From NCBI RefSeq assembly GCF_000281045.1, contig NW_008246129.1:3122-60110 (forward strand): a stretch of DNA of 56,989 bases. The letters are read 5' to 3'. The notes under the pieces were generated by a model. The model saw only the letters and a program-made list of their open reading frames with translations. It was not told where the DNA came from and searched no databases. A program made the position numbers and the translations under genes. The stretch's first letter is position 1, and each line of letters begins with the position of its first letter. Below are positions 1 to 12,295 of this stretch, one piece after another. This DNA comes from Saprolegnia diclina VS20 (Eukaryota).

Positions 1-332
1 ATTTAGCGTAGATTTACGTATCTATTTTAATAGACGACCCACTTCAACAACAAAGTCAATAACACATCGCACTTGCCTCTGCCTTTTCCGGCTTCTTGCT
101 CCCGTCTTTGTCTGCCTGAAGGGCAGACCACGACCCTCTACGGAGTGTGCACAACAAAGCAAGTCAGACAGATAAATGTGATACTAGTAAGAATTATCTG
201 GTTGAATTGATAACCCACGCAACAAGGGCTTAATAATACCGGAAGGAGAAAATGGCGGTTTCCGGATAAATGCTGACCAATCATAGATGCGGCATTTGTC
301 GCACTGTGGCTTCGATTGGCAACCGGGAGAGG

Positions 333-1728
333 ATGGAGCTACCCGCGACCTTCCGAGCATTTCTCGTCGACCATGGTATTGAACAGCGCGTCTACGACGT
401 TAGCTTGACCTCGCTTCCACGATACTTTCGGTACTACAGGTAGCCGGCAAAAGCGCGGTCCCCAACGTTCTTGTAGGATCAAGGACAGCTCCGTGACGGT
501 CGAGCAGCTCCAGGCCGAGTTTCCCGACGTGCAGCCCATTCCCTGGTTGAAGTCGTTTTACGCTGTTTCATCGCTTGACGCGCTCTCGTCAAGCAGCTTG
601 TATTCATCGGCAAAGATCTATGGCATGGAAGCCAGCTCTGGCTTTGCCGTCGCGACGTTGAACCCGCAACCAGGTCCGCGCTTCTTTCGCCTCGTACCCT
701 TTCTCAATTCTGTGCACAATGCCTTAGGCGACCACGTTCTGGATCTATGTTGCGCACCTGGCGCTAAATTAGCCATGCTGGCTGATGTCTTGGGCCGTCG
801 CGGCAGTGTCACTGGCGTACGATGCAAATGAGGTTATATCCTTTGCGGTGCCCAACACAATTCAACGTTAGGTCGACTACTCCAAGAATCGTATCTCGGC
901 CTGTCGATCGCTCTTGCACAAGTACGATCTCGTGCAGTCGTTGCCGGACACACCATGGCGCTGCCGCCTCTTTCATGCCGACGGCCGACGCTTTGCCGAG
1001 GGCGCTCCGACATCCAGCGACCCAAGCGCCGCTGTCCACGACAGTATACTGGACGTCATTTTGGACTCAGCCGAAGTCGAAAATCGCTCCAAAAAATCCA
1101 TTGCACGCAAGCGTATGAACAAAAGGTGTTTTCTTTCCAACTGCGCTCGATCTTATTTCTGCCAAACTAGCGCCCGTGCCCGCGCCCTCAAAGTGCAGCG
1201 CGAGGCTACAAGTGCAGCGACTGCGTCTTGTCTTTACGACAAGGTGCTTGTTGACGCAGAGTGCACTCACGACGGGTCTCTTCGACACTTGGCCAAGCTC
1301 ACGACGGCCGACGCATGGCAGTCGTACCTCGAAAACTACCTTTCGCCGTCGCATGTTGCGGGGATTCTGGCGCTCCAGCACGACCTCATTCGCAATGGGT
1401 TTCGACTCCTCGTACCCGGTGGCCGCATGGTCTACAGCACGTGCAGCTTGTCGCTCAAGCAAAACGAAGAGATCGTCGCAACCTTCCTAAAGGATACTCC
1501 AAGTGCCTCCTTAGTGCCCATTGATATGACCAATGTGCCGTGCCAGGTACGAACTCCGACATATCTTGTACGATGGTTGCGCTCACAAAACTCGATCAAT
1601 AGCCTGGAAGCATACCGCATACGGTGCGCTTTACGCCGCTTCACGACATGGGCGGCCTCTTCATTGCGCTCTTTACAAAGGCCACGGACGAGGCAAGTAT
1701 GCCAGCCAAGCGGCAAAAAACGGAATAA
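333..1728 (+). CDS. NOL1/NOP2/Sun (RsmB/NSUN-family) RNA cytosine-5 methyltransferase, multi-exon
   Basis: ATG at 333 (MELPATFRAFL...). Spliced exons give VLDLCCAPGAK (SAM-binding motif I), YDKVLVDAECTHDG (motif IV) and GGRMVYSTCSL..QNEEIV (motif VI, catalytic Cys). The last exon reads PGSIPHTVRFTP..MGGLFIALFTK to TAA at 1726-1728. Confidence 0.9.
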
Positions 1729-1739
1729 AGCGATAATCA

Positions 1740-4700
1740 TCATGATTCTGGCCCAGCGTCCCATGGCGAGCGCATCACTGCTGACGACTCGGTCGCATAC
1801 AGCCGCGACCATGGAAGCTTTCGAATAAGCGACTTGTGGCGGCTTCTTTGCCGGGTCTTGGTTTGCTTGGTTAGGCGCGTTGGATGCGCATTCGCAGATG
1901 GAGGGTCCTTCCACTCGGGAATTACCAGCTCGGGGTACCGAAGAGCGCTGGGCTCGGGCTCGGCGACCGTCTCGGGCAGCGGTGCTTCTACTACTGGTTC
2001 TGGTTCGCTTTTTTGTGCAAGGATCGACGTCAGCATGGAAAAGTCGTCAACCATTGGTCTCTCCATTCGAGTGCAACTACAGACACGTAGAATGAGGCGA
2101 CCAAAATAAAATGCAGTGCATTCGAACAGCGTTTCGATATCAGCATCGTTGCGCGGAGGCTTCATCGGACTTTTGGGCGGACTTGGCTTTCTCTTTCCGA
2201 CAGCATCCCGCGTTTCAATGTGCACTTGCCAGATGGGTTGCCACGGCAGATCCGTTGCGAGAAGTTGCTTGGGTAGCACCATTGGCGCGGCGTGCTTCCG
2301 GTGTCGCGGGCTACAGACGCGTGGCGGGAAGCGAAGCAGCTTGTCTTGAACGAGGCTACGCTGCATGTCGCTGACTTCGTCAGCTACGCATGGAATTCTT
2401 TCCATTTTTCATTCAGCAAGATGAAGACGTACGACTCTCGAACGCTTTTGTAGGGCTAGCGACGTAGCGCTGCAGAGTCGCATTGTGCTTCTCTTGAAGC
2501 GCCACCTTGACGTGTAAACCATCCACAAGGTCCTACACATACCAGCATGCCGTGACGCGGTGCCACCTCCTCAACGGCTTTACTCCAAGGTACATGGCTG
2601 TAGATTGATACTCTTCGGCGCCAAACACACCATGTTCGAGCTCCAACTCGGCGTCAGGGGCCCGCGCTAGCTGCTTGAACAGCTCGTCGTCGCTGTACAC
2701 AACGTCGAACTGTCCCTTGAGATTCTGGAGTGTGTGCAATCGTGCTTCCTTCTCGGTCGTACGCGCACGCAGCTCTGCAAGCGTCGGCTGCGTCGTTGCC
2801 ATGTGCGCAAAGTACGAGCGCAGAGCCACGGCTTCGTGGTTTACATCGCGGTTCGCTTCTGTACGAAAACAATTCAACCCCTGGAATCGCGCGTCGCGTA
2901 CCTCGCTGCTTTGGTCGGTCGCTGGCCGTACGGGGCCGTTGGGGCGCTGTATGGGCGCGTGTCGTTGTCTCTTGAACGTGATCGCGACGAGCGTCGGCGA
3001 GCTTGGCTTGCGCTTCTTGGCTACTGTGTAGCCGGCTCGAATATATCTACGCCACGACGACGCGCGTATCACACAGTGCATGTCGTTCTTACTTTGGACC
3101 GTAGAGAGGACGATGGGCGCGCGCGAACGTCGATTTGGGTCCCTTCAAAGATGTCGGGCAGCGGGCCGGTCGCCATACTTACGTCGCGCATCCGTTGTCC
3201 CGCGACTGTTTCACTCGCGACGATCGACGCTTCGGTTGTAGCTGCAGCCGATGCCGGGCGCTGGACGACGGTGACCGACATGGATGGTCGGGGCGCTGTG
3301 CCGCCATACGACAGCAAAAACTAGGCACAAAATGACCACACATTTGCACAACAATAAGATGCACAAACCCGAAGCTCGATCGTACTAAAGAGGACCGCGT
3401 AAAACAATCCCGTCATTGGCGCCGAAGAGAGGGCATACGTGCGTTCGTTGCCATGCAATATGGCGTGGCTCTGATATCGGTACGACGCAGCACCCGTCAC
3501 GTCGTGCTTGACGAGGTACATGCACCCAAAGACGGCACTTGGTTTTGCCGATGTTGGCTCAACCGAAAGCGACACCTGTGCCGGGTTTGGCTGCTCGTGG
3601 GTAAAGGCGAAGACGCGAACACGCTTGGCTGCGACGGACCCATAAAAGTCGGTTTTAAACTCGAGCGCTGCCGGCTCTAGCAGCACGCACGTGACCTACA
3701 TGGATCATGCATGGTGTGTATTGACGAGAGACTGCGTACATGGTACGTCGTCTCGGCCGAGCTAGAGGTTGTCGGCAGCACGCGCACACGCAGTGTCTCA
3801 AACTGAAGCGATGTGATGTCGGCTTCACTGGGCTTGTACAAGACGAGCGCCGCGGGCACGTTCTCAACTTGCCACACTGCATCCTGCGAAGCCGCTCTCG
3901 AGTCGACAGCGCGCACAACAAGGTCCAAGCGTCTACGACGATATTGCTGGTGTCGAGATGACAGTTTGATATGCGCGTACGATGCCATGTCGAGCGCGAG
4001 GCAAAGCACAATGAGGGGCACTTTTGTCGGAAAGAGCTAGGAAAAATTGGGAATTTGGTTAGATTCTATGGATGTATCGTACTGCAATGTGGTGGGATGG
4101 AGCACTGCCCAGCGCATTGGGTGCAACCGAGTGGGTGTAGGTCTTGCCGTGGTCGACGAGAACGACGTTTGGGTCGAGTGCTCTTGTCTCGTCCGGGGCC
4201 GAAAGCTCTGAGTAGTGCAGTTTTGGGATTTCGGCAAATTCGTGCGCGAGGCGAAACCTAGCCACTCACTGAAACACCTTTCGTACGAAGCCACATACTT
4301 GATTTTTGCTTCTTGGAGAAAGAGAAATATAGTGTCGAGCGCGCCAGCCTACGACAGATAGATGCCAATCAAGCACTCGATTTACATTGCGTGTCGTGTA
4401 CCGTGCACGCGGTAGCCAAATCCAAAAGCGAAATAGTAAATAGATGAATGTCCATGAGGGTTGGCATTGGAGTCGTTGCCCTAACCATAGCATGCAGCGA
4501 CTCGTTTTCACGTAAAATGATAGGTCGTACGAAGCACCCACGAGCAAGTCGATGGCCCAATCGTTCTGCAATGTCGTTTAACAAGGTATTCCATAGGTAG
4601 ATGCATGAACGAGAAACCTCGACGAGGTGCAGCACTTCGGGAAAACCGATGTCGGGAAGCAGACCTCGAAAGAGCTTGGCACTGAAGCGAATGTAGTCGT

Positions 4701-4893
4701 CCTTCGTAATGGGAATCTAAACAAGTGATTTAGACGACTTCGTCAACGTTTCTGCGCTTACATTATGATTGCGCTTGAAGAGAATCGGGTTGAAGTGGGC
4801 AAGAGGCCACCACTCGCAACGGATGTACTCTAGGATGTTGGGATCGACGTAGGCCTCGGCGAACGACGAGATCTTTTTGCTTGGAGATGCCAT
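1740..4893 (-). CDS. Uncharacterised multi-exon protein (helical N-terminal domain, coiled-coil and low-complexity C-terminal part)
   Basis: ATG at about 4893 (MASPSKKISSFAEAYVDPNILEY...). GT-AG joins link IPITKDDYIRFSAKLF and NDWAIDLL; further exons fall in ORFs 3677-4021, 3321-3686 and 3069-3317; the chain then runs IYSSRLHSSQEAQ, EANRDVNHEAV..MATTQPTL, DLVDGLHVKV into ORF 1740-2405. Some internal junctions are uncertain. Confidence 0.65.
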
Positions 4894-4927
4894 GACCTTG
4901 GGTTTTGGTTCCTATTCACTTCGTTGA

Positions 4928-5182
4928 TTAGTCAAATCCCACCGACAGCGTCATTACAATCACGTGTAATGGCAGTGGGTCTTTCCGAGCGTAGCGACTC
5001 GCAAGTAGGTAGTACCCACGCGGGTTCCTGATGCTTTTCACACCCCGCTTTGCGCGCCGGCGAAGCACGCTTGCGTATATGGCTTCAAGCTCCTTGAAGT
5101 CGTAACCATGAAAGTTCCAGTCATCACTGGTGAGGTCGGCTCGAAAGGCGCGAACCTCGGTCATGCCGTCTCGTGCTTGCAT
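4928..5182 (-). CDS. Small hypothetical protein (84 aa), possibly a distant member of the adjacent orphan family
   Basis: Clean ATG-to-stop ORF with protein-like composition. The pattern Y....L...Y..VLR...LLA weakly resembles the neighbouring paralogs. Confidence 0.4.
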   Translation of the reverse strand: MQARDGMTEVRAFRADLTSDDWNFHGYDFKELEAIYASVLRRRAKRGVKSIRNPRGYYLLASRYARKDPLPLHVIVMTLSVGFD

Positions 5183-5816
5183 TTGTTTTCGCGCTGTGCC
5201 GTGTCGGTTTCACCTCGTTTCCCGCCCATTGGCGACCTTTTCCTGTGGCAATGAATGCACCTGTGTGCTTTGCAATGCGCCTATTACTCCACGCAGAGGC
5301 TAGTTGAGCAATCCGAGCATGCAAACAAGGTCACGCTTTTCTGGTAGGCCGTGAAACAAACCAGAATATTTCCAAAAAGCGAGAGTTTGCAACCATACTC
5401 TTTCAATCGAGCTTGCATGCTGTTTGCTAGTATTGTGGGTGTTGCATGCGTGTTGCATGCGTGGAGTCGCGAACGAAAGTTCCACATTCGCTGCTCAGAG
5501 CTTCGATTTCGGATAAATACGAATCTCACGAAACATAGAACGACCAGCTGAGTAATCAAACGCCGATCCACGGGACGACAAGAATAACAGAAGAGGCACC
5601 TCACGAATCAAAACCGCTTTCATGAAGCCGTTCCTTCCTGCGCTTCAACTTCACCATTCGGCCTAATTTCATTGGCCAGTGTAAGCGGGACGCGATCCGT
5701 GGGTGCCACGTCACGAAAATGTCGCACTTTTCGATGGTTTCACTTTTTCCTAACGTTAAAAGCAGGATAGCGCAGCACCACGAAAACATAATTGAAGTTG
5801 ACGGCAACAGCACACC

Positions 5817-6143
5817 ATGGACGCCCCCGAAGTCGACGTCCGCTGCATCGCCGAAGGAAGCAGCTCCGATGCATCGAGCCCGACGAACGATGGTCCCCGT
5901 GACTCGCTGGTAGTCCGGCGCCTCTATCGCGTCACCTACTCGGACGACTCGCTGAAGGAGCGCTTTGACCAAATCGTGCGCACGACGCTACGCTTGGCCA
6001 ACGCCACGGACACGAGTAACAACGTTCTCTTGGCGCAAAAAGCCATCAAGTACCGACGGCGACACAGCGACTCGATCAATTACGACGACCCAAGCGCGGA
6101 CGTATTCGAGAGCCTAGGTATTAAGTGGTGCAAAACGCCGTAG
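5817..6143 (+). CDS. Small intronless orphan protein, family member 1 (108 aa)
   Basis: The C-terminal ~75 aa are strongly similar to 8653-8934 (YSDD..K.R.D.IVRTTLRLAN...NVLLAQKAIKYRR..SD.INYDDPS.DVFESLGI.WCKTP), with many third-position differences. Confidence 0.8.
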   Translation: MDAPEVDVRCIAEGSSSDASSPTNDGPRDSLVVRRLYRVTYSDDSLKERFDQIVRTTLRLANATDTSNNVLLAQKAIKYRRRHSDSINYDDPSADVFESLGIKWCKTP

Positions 6144-6209
6144 TCGCCGACTTTCCTAGATTTGTGTATCATATTCGTGCAAATGAACGTTGTTTGTGGG
6201 GTCCCGAGT

Positions 6210-6370
6210 TGAATTGAAGCTGCTTCAACGAACTACAAGCCCGTTTGGCTCGACTCGCTTTTCTTGCTCGGTGCTAAAGAGTACCCAAGGCCATATGACC
6301 CAAGGCAGCCGACTCGAGGCATCGAACACAAGCAGCCCTTTCGGATGTGTTTGCGCCAATAGCTTGCGTC
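6210..6370 (+). pseudogene. Possible decayed copy of the small orphan family
   Basis: Across frameshifts it reads LLQRTT/RLA ... DSRHRTQAALSDVFAPIA, compared with IVRTTLRLA ... DSINYDDPSADVFESLG in the intact gene just upstream. The match is weak and was made by eye. Confidence 0.25.
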
Positions 6371-6732
6371 GAGGACGAAGGCGTTGACATTTGCTTGGCC
6401 AACCATGGGCGATACACGCTAAATTGCACCACTGAGACACACGGAGTCATTGGCGCCAATTTTGCGACAAGAACACGCGCCATCGTCAGTGCGGGACGAC
6501 GCACCTCGTATCATCGCCGCGTCGGGCCTGCGATGCCGCTGCGGCACAGCGCAGCTTCATGCTGCTCTCCAGCGACATGCCATGCGTAGCTTTGCACGGC
6601 ACTCCAGCGACACACCGTCCTTTGCTGTCTCTCCAGCGACTGCCCCGAGCTGTGAGTCTTCTTTCAAGACACACGACAATTCGACTCGCCACATCTCGAG
6701 CGCGCTTCACCAACAACCTCCGCGCATCAATA

Positions 6733-6986
6733 TGAGCGAGCGTAAGCCTCGGTATCGCTTCTACTATCGAGACGATGCAACAAAAGATCGATGCGATGCG
6801 TGCCTCCGCGCCATGCTTCATTTCGCGCAACAACCAAGCGCGTCGAGCATCAACGCGGATCTTGCGCAACGCGCACTTCGCTTTCGCCAGCACTCCCTTG
6901 GGCGCCTCGAGATTGACGACCCTACTCAAGATGCCTTTGAACGACTTGGTGTCGTCTGGCACAAGCTGCACCCAACCTCGCAATGA
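6733..6986 (+). CDS. Small intronless orphan protein, divergent family member 2 (84 aa from MSERKPR)
   Basis: RYRFYYRDDATKDRCD..LRAMLHFA...NADLAQRALRFR......IDDPTQDAFERLGVVWHK aligns colinearly with members 1 and 3. Confidence 0.72.
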
Positions 6987-7180
6987 GTGATTCTGCAGTC
7001 GCCTCGCACGATTCGTCTACACCGAGGTGACGTTGCCTTAACATAATTCGAGAATCATCCCGTTAACGATAACCACATCTGTGCCTTGACCAAAAGTACA
7101 AATTGTAGAGCCGAGAAGCGAAAGCGAGTTTGCGCCTGTTATCGGATGCCATAAAATAAGAATGCCATTTCGCGTCTTAA

Positions 7181-7611
7181 GAGCATCTCCACCGGTTCCC
7201 CGTATCCCACACTGGCTCTGGGTTTTTTTACCGGGCGATTTCGCGATACAGAGCAAGATAAAACAAAACGCCCCACCGGTTGCCCTGTAAAAAGATGCCG
7301 GGAGTCGCAATTTGTATGGCGTCGATAACTTCGAACTTCGTCTTAAAATTCGATTTTGTATTCATTTTTTGACTAGTATACAAAACATGAGTCATTCGCG
7401 ATTTTACCGGGTAAAAAGCCAGGGTGCCCGGGCGCCCTGTATCGGGCACCAGGATACAGGGCGCTCGGCCAATTTTTGCTCCACCCGGTAAAAATTATAC
7501 AGATACAGGGCGATTTACAGGGACCGGTGGGGCATTTCCCCGGTAAATTTTTTACAAATTTGGAAATTTTACAGAGCCAGTGTAGGATAGCGCGGACGAG
7601 TGGAGAAGCTC
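7181..7611. mobile_element. Non-autonomous PIF/Harbinger (Tourist-like) MITE, 431 bp, with foldback structure
   Basis: 40-bp imperfect terminal inverted repeats at 7181-7220 and 7572-7611 (32/40 match), starting GAGCATCTCCA and ending TGGAGAAGCTC. Flanks are TAA and TGA (a degenerate 3-bp TSD). Further nested inverted repeats lie inside; the core is AT-rich and non-coding. Confidence 0.8.
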
Positions 7612-8652
7612 TGAGAGCACGCAACGAACGTGGGCAGCGCAGTCGTCGCAATAAATGCGCAGTACCGGTATCTACATGAGATTTCCCATGACAAATTTTG
7701 GCGTTGCGGTGTTTGGTCTCTTTCCCTGGCCAGTGCCCACATCACAGGAACCTAAAGATGGCATCAAACTTCGCTATCGACTGACGAGCGAGCGGGCGAA
7801 GCTCACACACAATAAGCTATCTATCCTCGCGAGCCTCCGAAACAATGACGGCCCGCTTCATAGCTAACGTCAATGGCGTCCCGAGTCGATCGCTCGGGCT
7901 CTATCGATCTGCCCCGTGAGCACTTCCGCGATGCCGTTCCAGGGGGTTGCATGATGCATCACGAAATCAATAATGTGCACAGCAATCCCGATCGTGTACC
8001 GGTAGGTCTCTCCATGCATGTTGCTATTGCGCTGTGCAACGAGTCCTGGTCGGGCCATTTTCGCTCAGCCCTTGTAGCTACTGTCCAAACGACTCGAAGC
8101 GACGCATTTGACAATACACGGCGGGTCTCTCGCCCCTCGAGTTGCCGTACTCTACCATTTCCCACATTGTTCCGATTGTGCACATCAATCTTGTGGAACG
8201 CCCGTATAATTCGGCGTGCGGCGAGTTTTTACAAACGAGCATCCCATCTACATTGTGTGTTGTGTAGCAACACGCGCCGCATTTGATTGGTTACAACGTC
8301 AATCCACAGGAGCCAAACGTGTGATTGCCAGCTTGACTATTATCGACCTCGCTCATGATCTCCATTGAGCTCGACTCAATGTTGCTTGCGAACAAATCAA
8401 TAAAATTGATGCCCACACTTCGGTAACGTCCACCAGCTTAAAAACAAGAACAACAGTAACATCAGAACAGCGTTTCAGCATTAAAATCCACGCATTTGAT
8501 TGGCCCGCGCCTAAATTGGTGACCGATGGGCGCGCCACGTCATTGACCTCCTGGCAGCATCTCCGAGTGCGGAATGTTATCAACCACACCGCAATCAAGA
8601 TACTAGAGTCTCGTGTCGTTGTACTTTTCATTTTGCCACGTGATCCGTCGAC

Positions 8653-8934
8653 ATGAGCTCCACTGAGGTTGTGGTCGCACAAGAGAGCCATGGGTGTGCG
8701 GCGCGGCGCCACTATCAACTTTCCTACTCGGACGACGCAGTCAAGCAGCGCTACGACCATATCGTGCGCACGACGCTCCGCCTCGCGAACTCCCCGGACG
8801 TCAACAGCAAGAACGTGCTCTTGGCCCAGAAGGCCATCAAATATAGACGTCACGAAAGCGACGCAATCAACTACGACGACCCGAGCACGGACGTCTTTGA
8901 GAGCCTCGGTATCACGTGGTGCAAAACACCATAG
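8653..8934 (+). CDS. Small intronless orphan protein, family member 3 (93 aa)
   Basis: Paralog of 5817-6143 with the same WCKTP end. An INR-like TTCATTTTGCC lies about 25 nt upstream. Confidence 0.8.
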   Translation: MSSTEVVVAQESHGCAARRHYQLSYSDDAVKQRYDHIVRTTLRLANSPDVNSKNVLLAQKAIKYRRHESDAINYDDPSTDVFESLGITWCKTP

Positions 8935-9138
8935 GCGAGAGTGATGTATGTACAGTTTGTCGTCGTTGTGTAAAGTTGTAGTCAATCTTTGTTTCGTAAT
9001 GTGTGAATATTGCTAACCTTAAATGAATATAGTGTTGGGTTCTCAACACTGTCTGGTTGGGGCCATGTGAGCCCGAAAGACTGTGCGCAACACAGTGGCT
9101 CGCAGCCCATAGGACAACAAATAATGCGTTTTATGTCC

Positions 9139-11282
<2,144 letters not shown>

Positions 11283-11399
11283 GCCACGCCCAGAGTCAAC
11301 CTTTCGGTCGCGGGTCGACTATCCGGATGGTTTCCGGATATGCGATTCAGATCGCCTTTGGCGCGCAGATACAATTTGAATGGTTCAACCACACGCCAC

Positions 11400-11933
11400 T
11401 TATGATGGTGGGCCCATATACAGAACTTCGCAGCATTGGAGCTGTCCAGTCACGTGATGGATGCTCGCTCGTATATATTGAATAAAAGGATTGTTGGCCG
11501 ATCGACGCAGCAGTTGGGCTATGGATATACAACACACGGTGTGTGCGAACTCAAGCGATTTGAGAATCTGGATCAGCTTGCGTTTGCTAGATTGCTTGGA
11601 CCCAACGGGACACGCGGCACGAAAATACATGTCAAGAACCTTGCTGTACAGCAACGCTAGGGCGTCAGCGAGCAGTAAGTGCCATCGAAAGATTCTATCA
11701 ACACTCGTGTGAGCCAGTGGCTCGTCTTTTGTCTCACGAAGTCTTCCATTTGGTCGCTTGTCCGCCTCATTCGAGACCCTCGTTGCAACATCTATCTCGC
11801 ACGTTATTTTTAGACTTAGCTCGCATTCGCAATTTGTTGAGACCGACAACTCGTGGAGAATGCGCTGATGGCCAGCATCCGATACGTTTTCATGTATTTT
11901 CATTGGTTCTTTTTCTACGATATTTTTGGCCAA
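11400..11933 (-). other. Possible small or degenerate coding region of unknown function
   Basis: A 177-codon open frame with some protein-like helical stretches, but lower GC, no recognisable motif and no clear start. Confidence 0.2.
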
Positions 11934-12295
11934 TCAGAGGCATTAATAGACGCAGCACTGGAATATCAAGCCCTCTGTCGGCCACGCGGCGTCCGAAAGA
12001 AAACTTGCTCAAAGTCAACTCGATGGTTGGAGGGACGTCCAAGAGCGCAATACACTATATCTCGCCGGCGGGCGATGTGTACAACGCGCGCTATAGACGA
12101 AACGCTTAATTATGGCAGGACCACATTTACCACATATTACGACGCTAATTGTGCCTTCATACTTGCTGAGCAAAATGCAAGCACCATCATCAATCAACAC
12201 TGTTGCACGCTTTACCGGTACAATTGCAGCAGAAAACCCTTAGAAAGAAGCTACACTCAAGGCTCGCAGCATCGCAGCATTCGTTACGCTCTAGT

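Noticed and set aside
7655..8286. ORFs 7655-7867 and 7873-8286 as genes or a fourth orphan paralog
   Set aside because: There is only a faint KLRYRL / IARAL resemblance, with atypical codon usage and no consistent alignment.
9029..9122. SECIS, TPP riboswitch or hammerhead/HDV ribozyme
   Set aside because: It lacks the paired UGA/GA quartet geometry, the CUGAGA/ACCUG motifs and the CUGANGA core, and I saw no HDV-type pseudoknot. It is kept only as an unassigned structure.
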